DNA from: an uncultured Acidobacteriota bacterium | GTDB lineage: Bacteria > Acidobacteriota > Thermoanaerobaculia > Multivoradales > UBA5704 | Direction: 5' to 3' | Assembly (NCBI GenBank): GCA_963770895.1 | Contig: CAVYRF010000001.1 | Location: forward strand, 96,001 to 160,000 | Length of the DNA stretch: 64,000 bases | Shown here: one piece after another, positions 9,473-18,582 of the stretch | Layout: the number at the start of each line of letters is the position of its first letter | Position numbering within the stretch: the stretch's first letter is position 1 | Translations under genes and position numbers: made by a program | The notes under the pieces: generated by a model | Seen by the model: the letters and a program-made list of their open reading frames with translations, nothing else | The model's database searches: none | Told to the model about the DNA's origin: nothing

Positions 9473-10453
9473 ATGATCCTTGCCGTCGATGACTCGGGTT
9501 CCTTCGCTCAGGATTCAGAGAGGCTGAGCTTTTATGTAATGGTGCATTTCCGCCAACGCAAGACCCTCTACAAGTCGAAGCGCGCTGCCTTCGAGAGATG
9601 GCAAAGCACTCTCCCGGTGTCCCTAAAGAATGCTAAGGGGGAGATCAAAGGCTCCGCTCTTGCCGACGACCAATTGGAGATCTTCGCGAGAGAAGTCATG
9701 AGGGCGCACCCTTCCATCGGTATCACGCCGCTCGCCATCCGCCCATCCGAGAATCCGCCGGTCGTGGTCGAGAAACACCGCTCCGTGCAGCTTACGGGAA
9801 TCCGAGACGGGAGCCGCCTCTATGCGGAGCAAGGGAAGAAAGATCTTGCGCTGACCTATGAGCACTTCGGCAACTGGTATGCGAAGCTCAGCTACCCGCA
9901 ATACCTCAAGCTAAGCCTGCTCGGGCTCTGCATTACTTCCGGCCTGGTGAACACGGTGGGACACGCCGTCTCCGGCGGCTACGACGAGGAACTGCCTCGC
10001 ACAAGGTTTCTGTTGGACCGCGACTCTGTGAAGGGGCCGGAGCAAAATGCCTTCTGGCGCGAGGCGCTGCGAAGCCAGATCTTCAGCTTCACGAAGGACG
10101 ACCCTCTGCCGCTGCTCAATACGTGGAAAAGGAAGGGGCATCCCTTCCTCGCGAAATATGCGCCGCAGGGCCGCATCAACCTGAATGAGATGTTTTGGGC
10201 CTGGTGCTCATTCGTGGATTCGCACGAGCATTTGGAAATTCGAGTGGCGGATGCAGTAGCCGCTATCTTCTCGCGCTGCCTGAACGACGGAAGATGCCTA
10301 GCAGCCTACGATCTGATTGCGCCCTGCATCTTGAGGGACGGCAGGGTTCATCACCTTACCTTTCCTGACTTCGATCTCTCGGCGTATCGCCACAGGCGCG
10401 ACCGAAACCCATGGCTGAGGAGCAATATGGGTTCTACCCGACCAGAAGATTGA
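9473..10453 (+). CDS. DUF3800 domain-containing protein (RNase H-like fold)
   Basis: N-terminal ILAVDDSGS and C-terminal FVDSHEHLEIRVADAVA match the DUF3800 DESG...DS....(Q)xAD pattern. Confidence 0.75.
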   Translation: MILAVDDSGSFAQDSERLSFYVMVHFRQRKTLYKSKRAAFERWQSTLPVSLKNAKGEIKGSALADDQLEIFAREVMRAHPSIGITPLAIRPSENPPVVVEKHRSVQLTGIRDGSRLYAEQGKKDLALTYEHFGNWYAKLSYPQYLKLSLLGLCITSGLVNTVGHAVSGGYDEELPRTRFLLDRDSVKGPEQNAFWREALRSQIFSFTKDDPLPLLNTWKRKGHPFLAKYAPQGRINLNEMFWAWCSFVDSHEHLEIRVADAVAAIFSRCLNDGRCLAAYDLIAPCILRDGRVHHLTFPDFDLSAYRHRRDRNPWLRSNMGSTRPED

Positions 10454-10480
10454 CAGGAATGACATATTTATGTATAATAT
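10450..10480 (+). promoter_or_regulatory. Sigma70-like promoter for the XRE-RuvC-ATPase operon
   Basis: TTGACA at 10450-10455 and TATAAT at 10475-10480 (19-nt spacer; TATATA at 17 nt), in an AT-rich patch of otherwise GC-rich DNA. Confidence 0.5.
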
Positions 10481-10638
10481 GCCAGTGATCGTTCACCCTC
10501 TCGTGATTTGTTTGCCAGCGGCAGGATAGGGCTCTCGGAGTTATTCCCCCCGTCTTTCTGTCTCGCGATAACTTTTCGCCCGCGAAAAGTTTCGCCCTCT
10601 ACCGACGACCTTTCCCGCCGCCTATTCTTTGTGACGCT

Positions 10639-10959
10639 ATGTCTCACACTCACAGTCGGCCATTCAACTACTATCTCCGCAGCCACCGCCGGCACGCCCA
10701 TCTGACCCAGGCAGAGCTTGCCTATCTCTTGGGCGAGCACACCGGCACGAACGTTTCCCTCTATGAGACCGGGGCTCGCAAACCATCTTTGGATAAGGGC
10801 CTGGCCTACGAAGCCGCGCTCGGTGAGCCGGTTGCGAAGCTCTTCCGCGGCAGGTACGAGGAGATCCGTGATCTGGTCGAGGAGCGGCGGCGCAAGCTCA
10901 TGGCAGACCGGGAGAGGAGGCAGGCAAAGGTCAGCTCTGTGGTCCATTCCGCTGCCTGA
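10639..10959 (+). CDS. XRE-family helix-turn-helix regulator
   Basis: YLRSHRRHAHLTQAELAYLLG...VSLYETGARKPSL is an HTH_3 pattern. Confidence 0.85.
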   Translation: MSHTHSRPFNYYLRSHRRHAHLTQAELAYLLGEHTGTNVSLYETGARKPSLDKGLAYEAALGEPVAKLFRGRYEEIRDLVEERRRKLMADRERRQAKVSSVVHSAA

Positions 10960-10960
10960 G

Positions 10961-11485
10961 ATGCCGAGCCTTCCGAAGAACGCCATCCTTCTCGCGATCG
11001 ACCCGACATCGAGGGGCCTTTCCTTCGCCGTCCTCGAAGCTCCCGCCTATCTCGTGAGTTGGGGCTCGCGGGAAGCCACGACCAAGACCGTCCTCAAAAA
11101 GCTGGACGAACTTTTGACCCAGTTCAACCCTGACGTGCTCGTGCTTGAGGATCTTGCCGCAGAGGGCGCTCGGCGCCGAGCGCGCGCCAAGCGCGAGATT
11201 CAAGCCATGGAGCTGCTCGCCTTCACTCGCGGGTTGCAGGTTGAGTGGGTCTCGCGGCTTGCCGTCCGCGATACGTTCGCGCCGGGAATGAACAAGTACG
11301 CGGTGGCGGTCCGACTCGCGGCGATTTTCCCCGACCTCGCGGAGCAGGTTCCCCGCAAGCGCAAGGCATGGATGCCCGAGGATTTACGCATGAACGTCTT
11401 TGACGCCCTGGGCTTCGCGGTGGCGCTCGTGGAACGCGCAGGCCAACACTCTTCAAGGCGCACGCATTCATCGCTAGGGAAATAA
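10961..11485 (+). CDS. RuvC-like (RNase H fold) nuclease
   Basis: ILLAIDPTSRGLSFAVLE, PDVLVLED and FDALGFA give the D-E-D acidic triad of RuvC/YqgF-like proteins. The ATG directly follows the XRE stop. Confidence 0.7.
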   Translation: MPSLPKNAILLAIDPTSRGLSFAVLEAPAYLVSWGSREATTKTVLKKLDELLTQFNPDVLVLEDLAAEGARRRARAKREIQAMELLAFTRGLQVEWVSRLAVRDTFAPGMNKYAVAVRLAAIFPDLAEQVPRKRKAWMPEDLRMNVFDALGFAVALVERAGQHSSRRTHSSLGK

Positions 11486-11529
11486 GCGGCATTCTTTCCG
11501 GGCAACGCACCGCCGCCGACAATGGAGCT

Positions 11530-12687
11530 ATGCCTGAGCATCTCTTCTTCTTCGCTCGCACCAACTACCGCGGCAATCGGCGCCTCTTTGGCATCCAGCG
11601 CGCTGATCGCCGCAGCCACATGTACTTGATCGGGAAGACCGGCACCGGCAAGTCCACCCTCCTTCAGACGCTTCTCCGGCAGGACATAGGGAACGGCGAC
11701 GGCTGCGCGGTTGTAGACCCGCACGGCGACCTGGTGGAGCGCCTCACCGCGTGGATACCGGAGCGGCGCCGATCGGATGTCGTTGTCTTCGATCCGGCGA
11801 CCGGTTCCGGCTTTGGGTTCAACCCCTTGGCCGCGGTTCCGCCGGGCAAGCGCTCTCTTGCGGTTGCCGGCCTGGTCGAAGTCTTCAAAAAGACGTGGCT
11901 CGACTCTTGGGGGCCGCGGGTGGAGCATCTCCTGCGCAATGCCCTCTTCGCCCTCCTCGAACAGCCAGAGGCCACCATGGGCGACATCGGGCGCCTTCTC
12001 CACGACCCCGGCTATCGCGAGCGCGCGGTAGAGCGGGTAACGAACAGCGCGGTGCGCTCTTTCTGGCGGGAGGAGTACGAGGAATACTCGAAGAGCCTCC
12101 GGGCAACGGTCGTCGCTCCCTTGGAGAACAAGCTCGGAGCGTTCCTCACCGACCCCGTGATGCGGCGGGTCCTCTCTGTACCAAGGGGCCTCGACCTGCG
12201 GCAGATCATGGATGAAGGCAAGGTGCTCCTCGTGAACCTCTCGAAGGGCAGGCTGGGGGAAGGACCGGCCATGCTCCTCGGCTCCCTCCTCGTCGCGCAT
12301 ATTTCCTTGCATGGCCTGGCCCGTGCGGAGACCGCGGAGGATAGCCGCAGAGATTTCTTTCTATACCTCGATGAGTTCCAGACCTTCGCCACCAAGAACC
12401 TGACCGCCATGCTCTCGGAGCTACGTAAGTACCGGGTCTCCCTGATCCTTGCGAACCAATACCTCGATCAGCTTGACCCGGAAATCCGGCACGCAATCCT
12501 GGGGAACGTCGGCACCCTCATTTCTTTCCGGGTGGGGCCGACCGATGCCCGTATCTTGGCGCAGGAATTCGCCCCGGAGTTCGAGGCGAGGGACCTCACC
12601 AATCTCCCGAACCACGAGATCTACGTGCGGCTCATGGTGGAGGGGACGGTGACGCGGCCCTTCAGCGGGGAGACGGTGAAGCTGTAG
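11530..12687 (+). CDS. VirD4/TrwB-like (DUF87/HerA-FtsK superfamily) ATPase, soluble
   Basis: Walker A GKTGTGKS, DPHGDL, Walker B LYLDEFQ, LSELRKY...ANQYLDQL and GNVGTLISFRVG. No transmembrane anchor is evident. Confidence 0.85.
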   Translation: MPEHLFFFARTNYRGNRRLFGIQRADRRSHMYLIGKTGTGKSTLLQTLLRQDIGNGDGCAVVDPHGDLVERLTAWIPERRRSDVVVFDPATGSGFGFNPLAAVPPGKRSLAVAGLVEVFKKTWLDSWGPRVEHLLRNALFALLEQPEATMGDIGRLLHDPGYRERAVERVTNSAVRSFWREEYEEYSKSLRATVVAPLENKLGAFLTDPVMRRVLSVPRGLDLRQIMDEGKVLLVNLSKGRLGEGPAMLLGSLLVAHISLHGLARAETAEDSRRDFFLYLDEFQTFATKNLTAMLSELRKYRVSLILANQYLDQLDPEIRHAILGNVGTLISFRVGPTDARILAQEFAPEFEARDLTNLPNHEIYVRLMVEGTVTRPFSGETVKL

Positions 12688-12749
12688 TCAGAGCTACAAT
12701 AACTATCGATTATGGAGGCGCGCCGCTTATGCTGACCTAGCATGCCAGC

Positions 12750-13625
12750 TCAACTCTTCGTGAGGAAAGACAGCACTCCCTTGAGCGCATCGGGATAGCG
12801 ACTCGTCAGGGTCAACATTCGCTGTTCTATCTCTTCGAAGAGGAGGGTGCGTTTTCTAATTTGCTGCTCCAATCTGAGATCTTGCTCCAAGATGTTTAAC
12901 ACGGCGATAAGTCGGTCAGCAGAAATGCCTCCCAGCTTGATGATGACCTTCTCGTCAGTCGATGAAAGATGATCGGGCCTAATCCTCGTCGTCACGACGT
13001 AGGGTCCGTCATTGTAGTTCAGGCCCAATTTGTCGCAATAATATTTACTGCGAAGGGTATCGATCCCCTCGGCCGCTTCGAGGCTATCAGTCGAGTCCTT
13101 CGGTGCTTTGCGCCGAACCGTCGCGTTCGGCAATGCGTCTAGAAGCCAGATGGCTGCCTTCCGATCTCCGATCGCCGTACCAAAGCTCTGGAACGCGGCT
13201 TTTAAAGCGAATATCGCATCGAGGTCGTCTTTCTTTGCATCTTTACCTAGTGACAAAGTGGGAACCAAGAAGAGGGAGTAGGTCTGAAAATTGTCAGGAA
13301 TCGGTCGGTGCGGCTCAAGAGGTAGGGCGCTGGCCCCGCCACAATGTGGCCCCGAGCACCTCGCCGCAAGGCTCTCGAAATACCTGATAAAATAGTCAAC
13401 GCTCTCCAGCCAGGAGTCGCCAGTGATATCGCCTTTGTCGGCATCTTTGCAAAGCTTCTTGATCTTAGGTAGATCTTCCGCATGAAACTCTTCGGCTTGG
13501 TCAAGAAGCAATGCGCATTCGCGATGTATGTACTGAGCATCGGGGAGCGTATACATGGGGCCGTTCATCCGATCAATAACAGAGATCTGAAGGAGGGTAA
13601 GCGCCAAGAAATTTTTTAATAGCAT
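12750..13625 (-). CDS. Hypothetical protein (lower-GC cargo)
   Basis: 291-aa ORF with protein-like composition, overlapping the stop of the upstream small ORF. Confidence 0.6.
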   Translation of the reverse strand: MLLKNFLALTLLQISVIDRMNGPMYTLPDAQYIHRECALLLDQAEEFHAEDLPKIKKLCKDADKGDITGDSWLESVDYFIRYFESLAARCSGPHCGGASALPLEPHRPIPDNFQTYSLFLVPTLSLGKDAKKDDLDAIFALKAAFQSFGTAIGDRKAAIWLLDALPNATVRRKAPKDSTDSLEAAEGIDTLRSKYYCDKLGLNYNDGPYVVTTRIRPDHLSSTDEKVIIKLGGISADRLIAVLNILEQDLRLEQQIRKRTLLFEEIEQRMLTLTSRYPDALKGVLSFLTKS

Positions 13626-13807
13626 TAGCCCTCCTCTTCGGGGCGCCTGATCCCTTTTACGAAGGTAACTACCAAGAAAAGTGCTAGCAGAAAGGCAATC
13701 AAAAAGAAGGTGCTAGCGAGCAGCGGGTCGCGGTTTAGCCCAATCTCGTTGCCGATCCACGCGAATACCACCGCGCAAAGAAAGGCGACGCGCTTTATAT
13801 TTTTCAT
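13625..13807 (-). CDS. Small two-helix membrane protein
   Basis: 60 aa with two hydrophobic stretches. Its TAA overlaps the ATG of the next gene. Confidence 0.55.
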   Translation of the reverse strand: MKNIKRVAFLCAVVFAWIGNEIGLNRDPLLASTFFLIAFLLALFLVVTFVKGIRRPEEEG

Positions 13808-14017
13808 CTGGCGCTACCCGAAAAGTCGAACTTTCCCCCTTGTGGACGTTCCGCGCCGCCCTTGCTAAACGAGGCGCGGCTCTCCACGCGACGACAGTGT
13901 GAAGCGATTTTAACCGTCTCCAATACAGCGTGGCAATGATATGCGGCAATTGCCACGGCTCTATGTGTGAGCCGATCGGCATTTCCGTTCGCGATGCCGG
14001 TTATACGGAACGGTCCT

Positions 14018-16699
14018 TCAGCGAAGAGACGGCGAGGCTGTCGGGGGAAAATTCCGACCGACCGGATTCGGAGGCGGCGTAGGCACGCGCTTCCGATACT
14101 CGGCCGCCTTCTCGCGATTGCCCGATGCATCGTAGAGCTGGGCAACGCGCTCAACGGCCTTCGGCCTATCAACCGGCACCGCCCGCCGGTAATAGGCGAG
14201 GAGCAACGGCTCGGCTTCCTGGAAACGCCCGATCTGTACTAGTGAGCTGCCCAAGTCAGCTCCGGTCGAGACCGTGAGGTAGGCGGACGCTCCCGCCCGC
14301 ACCTGCAAGATTCCGACCGCCTGCCGAAAGTGAGTCTCCGCCCCTTGGTAATTCTTCTGCTCGTAGAGGCTCTGTCCCTGCGCGCGCAGCACCGCGGCCA
14401 TAAGGCGGTCAGTCGGTTCGACCTTTTCGCGCGCAAAGGCATAGGCTTCGCCGATCAACCGGTCCGCCTCGGAGAATTCGTGGTCGGCCAGGAGTGCGAG
14501 CGCGAGCTGCACTTTGATCTTCTCGGTCGAGCGATGCTCTTTGCCAAGACCCGCCTCCGCAATCGCCAATGCCTCCCTGGAGGTACGCACCGCCGCTTTC
14601 ACGTCTCCCTTTAGCAGGTACAGGAGGCCAAGGTTATGCGTTGAGATAGCGACGCGCGGATGCAGCGGCCCGAGCGCGGCGCGGAACATGGCCGTAGCCT
14701 TCATCTGAAGACGCTCCGACTCGTCGAACAATCCCTTCTGCTGAAGAGCCGCCGCCACATTCGAATAGTCGTCAGCCACGATGGGATTGCGCTCACCGTA
14801 GATTTTCCTCCGCATGGCGAGGCATTCCCGAAGAAGCGGCTCGGCCTCGTCCGGCCGGTACATCGCCGTCAGAAGGCTCCCGAGGCCGCCGAGGGACTCG
14901 GCGATCGCCTCCGGGTTGGGGCTCGGCGCACTGCGGCGCAGGTCCAAGACGCGCCGCATGATCGCAAGCGCTTCGTCGTAGCGCGCCTGCTCGTCCGCCA
15001 TGATGCCGAGCTGCTGGAGGGTGTCGCCAATCCTCGGATCGCTCTGCGGGAGCCCCTTTTCGAAAACCGCGAGCGCGCGGCGGTAGGTCGCCTCCGCTTC
15101 GGCGAATCGCCCTTCCCCGCGGCGCAGCGTCGCCACTTGGTCGAGCGTTTCGCCGAGAAGCGGATCATCGTTTGCGAGGTGCTGGATCGCGAGCGCGAGA
15201 GCACGCTCCTGGGTTCCCGCTGCCTCCTTGAACAGGCCCATGTTCTGGTACATCTCGCCGATGCTGTTTAGGAGGCGAACCTCCGTCTCGGGCTCGTTCT
15301 TCAGCCGTCGCGGCAGCTCTTCGACCGCCTGGTCGAGAAGCTCCTTCGCGGTGGTCGCGCCGCGGAGGTTCTCGTGCGGGTTGGTGAGCTGGAACATTTC
15401 GATGAGCAGCGACGTGGTGGCCGCGGCGCGGGTAGCCTCGCGGGTGGCCTGGTCGCGTTCGCGCACCGTCTCCCGGTATTGCCGGAACCAGAGACCGAGC
15501 GACACGACGACAAGGACGGCGACGAGCGCCGCCACCGAAGCTGCGGCCCGGTTGCGCTTCAGGAACCTCAATGCCCGGTAGCCTCGCGCCCCGCCGCGGG
15601 CCTCGACGGGCCTGACGGCCAGGTGGTGCGCGACATCGTTCCCGAGGTCTGCCGCCGACTGGTACCGGCGGCCGGGCTCCTTGCGCAACGCCTTGGCGGC
15701 GATGGCGTCCAGGTCGCCGCGCAGGCGCTTTGCGAGTGCCGCCGCGTTCTTCGCGGGGGGAGGCGGCGAGTACGGAGCCGGAGCGTCACTTTCGCCGGCG
15801 CGCAGGGCAAGGTCGCTTACACGGGCGGCCTCCTCATGCAGGATCGCGTCGCGCAGTTCCGCGACCGTGCGTGCATGCCGGTATGGCAGCCGACCGGTTA
15901 GAAGCACCGAAAGGAGCACTCCCAAGGAATAGACGTCGCTCAAGGTTGTCGTCTCTTCTTGGCCGACCTGTTCCGGGCTCGCGAAGGGCAAGGTAAGGGG
16001 CGACGGTTCGCTGGCGCCGCTCCCGGCGGCGCCGACCTCCTTCGCGATGCCGAAGTCGAGAAGTTTCAGCTCGCTGGTCGCGGTCACGAGAATGTTCTCG
16101 GGCTTCAGGTCGCAGTGGATCACGAGCCGCTGATGGGCGTAGGCCACCGCCTCGCAGACCTTCAGGAAAAGCCGCAGCCGCTCCGGTACGCCGAGCTTCT
16201 GCCGCTCGCAGTATGCGGTGACTGGCTCGCCCTCGATGAATTCGAAGACAAAGTAGGGCAGGCCCTCCGGGGTCTCGCCGCTGTCATGGAAGGTCACGAT
16301 TGCGGGGTGGGTGAGGCCCGCGAGGCGCTTGTCCTGCGAGAGCCTTGCGGCGCGGGAGAAGAGCACTTTGAGCGCCACCCTCCGGTCGTTGTTCTTCGTG
16401 TCTCGCGCCTCATAGACCGCGCCCATGCCGCCGGCGCCGACTCGGCCCACCACAACGAAGTGGTCGATGTGGTCGCCTTGCTCGTAGTCCGGCTCCTCCG
16501 GCTCGTTGGGCAGGCCCAGGAGCCCCTTGAGGGCGCAGGTCGCGACGGGCGGGGCGTCGAGCAGGGCCTCGACCTCGCTGTGGAGTTCGGCATCGCCGCC
16601 GCAGGCCCGGTCGAGGAACGCCAGCCGGTCTTCGGCCGGAACCTGAAGCGCCTCCTCGAATATCCGCTTCACTTCGAGCCACCGTTTAAAAGGCGCCAT
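14018..16699 (-). CDS. Hanks-type Ser/Thr protein kinase with TM helix and C-terminal TPR repeats
   Basis: GAGGMGAVY, VALK, HCDLKPENIL, DFGIAK, SPEQ and SDVYSLG motifs, one TM segment, then kinesin-light-chain-type TPRs. Confidence 0.92.
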   Translation of the reverse strand: MAPFKRWLEVKRIFEEALQVPAEDRLAFLDRACGGDAELHSEVEALLDAPPVATCALKGLLGLPNEPEEPDYEQGDHIDHFVVVGRVGAGGMGAVYEARDTKNNDRRVALKVLFSRAARLSQDKRLAGLTHPAIVTFHDSGETPEGLPYFVFEFIEGEPVTAYCERQKLGVPERLRLFLKVCEAVAYAHQRLVIHCDLKPENILVTATSELKLLDFGIAKEVGAAGSGASEPSPLTLPFASPEQVGQEETTTLSDVYSLGVLLSVLLTGRLPYRHARTVAELRDAILHEEAARVSDLALRAGESDAPAPYSPPPPAKNAAALAKRLRGDLDAIAAKALRKEPGRRYQSAADLGNDVAHHLAVRPVEARGGARGYRALRFLKRNRAAASVAALVAVLVVVSLGLWFRQYRETVRERDQATREATRAAATTSLLIEMFQLTNPHENLRGATTAKELLDQAVEELPRRLKNEPETEVRLLNSIGEMYQNMGLFKEAAGTQERALALAIQHLANDDPLLGETLDQVATLRRGEGRFAEAEATYRRALAVFEKGLPQSDPRIGDTLQQLGIMADEQARYDEALAIMRRVLDLRRSAPSPNPEAIAESLGGLGSLLTAMYRPDEAEPLLRECLAMRRKIYGERNPIVADDYSNVAAALQQKGLFDESERLQMKATAMFRAALGPLHPRVAISTHNLGLLYLLKGDVKAAVRTSREALAIAEAGLGKEHRSTEKIKVQLALALLADHEFSEADRLIGEAYAFAREKVEPTDRLMAAVLRAQGQSLYEQKNYQGAETHFRQAVGILQVRAGASAYLTVSTGADLGSSLVQIGRFQEAEPLLLAYYRRAVPVDRPKAVERVAQLYDASGNREKAAEYRKRVPTPPPNPVGRNFPPTASPSLR

Positions 16700-16700
16700 C

Positions 16701-17276
16701 CTATTTCCTCCTGTCCGCACCGACGAGGTGCACGAGGAGCCTCCGCGCGGTGTCCCACTGCTCCCGGACTCTTCTGCGGGACAACCCAAGATCCTCTGCA
16801 ATCGCCCGCTCACTTAGCCCATCGAAGACCCGGAGCTTCACGATCTCGGCAAGCTCCGGGTCCTGCTCCTCGATGCTTGCCATGACCTCGAAGACGAAAA
16901 GGGTGGCCTCCGCGTCTTCGCGCAGGTCGGCGGGATGCGCCACTTGCTCCAGGGACACCTCTTGTTGATCGCCGCCGCGCTTGACGGCATCGGCCCGGCG
17001 GAGCGAGTTGATTGCGAGGTGCCTTATGGCCGCATGCGCATAGGCGAAGAACTTCTTCCGATTCGCGAGGTCCGGGAAGCGGTCGGCCAGATCAATGTAG
17101 AGCTCGTTCAGGAGGGCGGTCGGGGTGAGCGAACCGGCAGGGAGTCTCCCGAGGTGGTACTGGCACATGCGTTTCAGGGTCGAATAGAGGAGACCAATTA
17201 GCTCATCAAGACCCCCTCGGTCGCCCTCTCCGATCCGCCGGAGAAGGTCGGTGATGGTCCGTGCATCCTCGGGCAT
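16701..17276 (-). CDS. ECF-type sigma factor of the kinase-associated class
   Basis: ITDLLRRIGEGD...SLTPTALLNELY...RRADAVKRGG...LRVFDGLSERAIA. It sits immediately upstream of the Ser/Thr kinase. Confidence 0.85.
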   Translation of the reverse strand: MPEDARTITDLLRRIGEGDRGGLDELIGLLYSTLKRMCQYHLGRLPAGSLTPTALLNELYIDLADRFPDLANRKKFFAYAHAAIRHLAINSLRRADAVKRGGDQQEVSLEQVAHPADLREDAEATLFVFEVMASIEEQDPELAEIVKLRVFDGLSERAIAEDLGLSRRRVREQWDTARRLLVHLVGADRRK

Positions 17277-17595
17277 AAGCTGCACTCCCTCAGAGATTTG
17301 GCGCTTTCGCGTTCGGGCATCTTACGCTGGCACCTTCATGTCTTCAAGCGCATTTTCGCCCTCCGCTGGTCCAGCGTCCCGGCAAATCCACCTTCGGAGT
17401 CTGGACCAAAAGCACCTCGTTCCGCGCCTTCTATAGAGGAGGGGAACACACAACGACTCTGGATTGGTCACCGCTGTCGCCGTCGGCATTGCGCCATTTG
17501 GGAAGAGGCATCATACTTTACCTATTACTAACACGCATTTGGGGTTTTTCGTCGCCGACAGTCGCCGGCGAAACCATTAGAAGAGGACTAATCAC

Positions 17596-18582
17596 ATGAA
17601 CGAGCCGGTAAGTGTTCCCAAACCAGCCATTCCCCGATCGCCCCGACGGCTTTCCGTCTTAGTCGGGCTGATTCTTGGCGTTCTCTTGGTGGCCGGGGCC
17701 ATCGGCCTCTATGCGCAGCAGAAGGGGTCCGCTGCCTCTTCGCTTCAGCCTTCGTGCCTCACACCTCTCGTGGCATCGGAGTCCTCGACTTCTGCCGCGG
17801 AAGCGCAGGCATTGCTTCCAGTGATCCCACCTCAATCGAGTCCCGCCACGGGCGGATTTATAGGCGCAATGCCAGGCGAGCCCGCACCTAGCCCGGACCG
17901 CTTTCAAACAATCTTTGGGTATCACGGCCCCTACTACAACACCAGTAACCTCGACGGTCATCTCGTCGTTCTTACTCCATCTGTCTACACGTGGCCCACT
18001 GCCAGCTGGAAAGCCACAGGATTACTCCGCAATCAAACGCGCTGTCCTGTTCATGTGAACAACCTCTTCGCCAGCCTCATAGGGTCTCAAGGAGAGGTTC
18101 TCGCAACGGCAGCGGCAGAAGTCCCTGTAGCCGACCTAAGAGCCGGAGAGCCTGCGCCGTTTGTAATTCAGTCCCCGATACCAAGCAATCAGGTCAAGTC
18201 GGTTGATTGGCACATAGACTACGAATCAGCCCAAAGCCCATCGAGGCTTTTTGACCTTCAAATCTACAGGGCGCAGACAGACCCTGACGGTACCTATTCC
18301 CTCTTTGGACAGATTCGCAACGACGCTTCTGCAACCAGTTCGGCTCGGATTGTAGCAGCCTGGCTCGACCAAGAGGGCAACGGAAAAGTGCTTTACGTGG
18401 ACTCGCCACAAATGGTGTCCATCAGCGCCGGTGCTGTTAGCGCATCGCTGACCGCTGCGTTTAGCCCCACTACTACGCTAAGCGCAGGTGCTACCGACCA
18501 GTTTGAATACGACAACAGCGACCCCACCCTTGCTGCTCTCCTCGGGCAAGCGAGGCTGGCGCTCTGGGGGACTTCGAAGTGA
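17596..18582 (+). CDS. Membrane-anchored/secreted protein with FxLYD-like beta-sandwich domains
   Basis: N-terminal TM helix. Repeated GxxRN...L.xxxGxVL...LxAG patterns. AGAGGA RBS. Confidence 0.6.
   Translation: MNEPVSVPKPAIPRSPRRLSVLVGLILGVLLVAGAIGLYAQQKGSAASSLQPSCLTPLVASESSTSAAEAQALLPVIPPQSSPATGGFIGAMPGEPAPSPDRFQTIFGYHGPYYNTSNLDGHLVVLTPSVYTWPTASWKATGLLRNQTRCPVHVNNLFASLIGSQGEVLATAAAEVPVADLRAGEPAPFVIQSPIPSNQVKSVDWHIDYESAQSPSRLFDLQIYRAQTDPDGTYSLFGQIRNDASATSSARIVAAWLDQEGNGKVLYVDSPQMVSISAGAVSASLTAAFSPTTTLSAGATDQFEYDNSDPTLAALLGQARLALWGTSK

Noticed and set aside
10961-11485. RuvC-like gene considered as TnpB/IscB/Cas12-like RNA-guided nuclease
   Set aside because: Only 174 aa, with no REC/wedge, Zn-finger or HNH regions and no adjacent array or guide-sized intergenic space.
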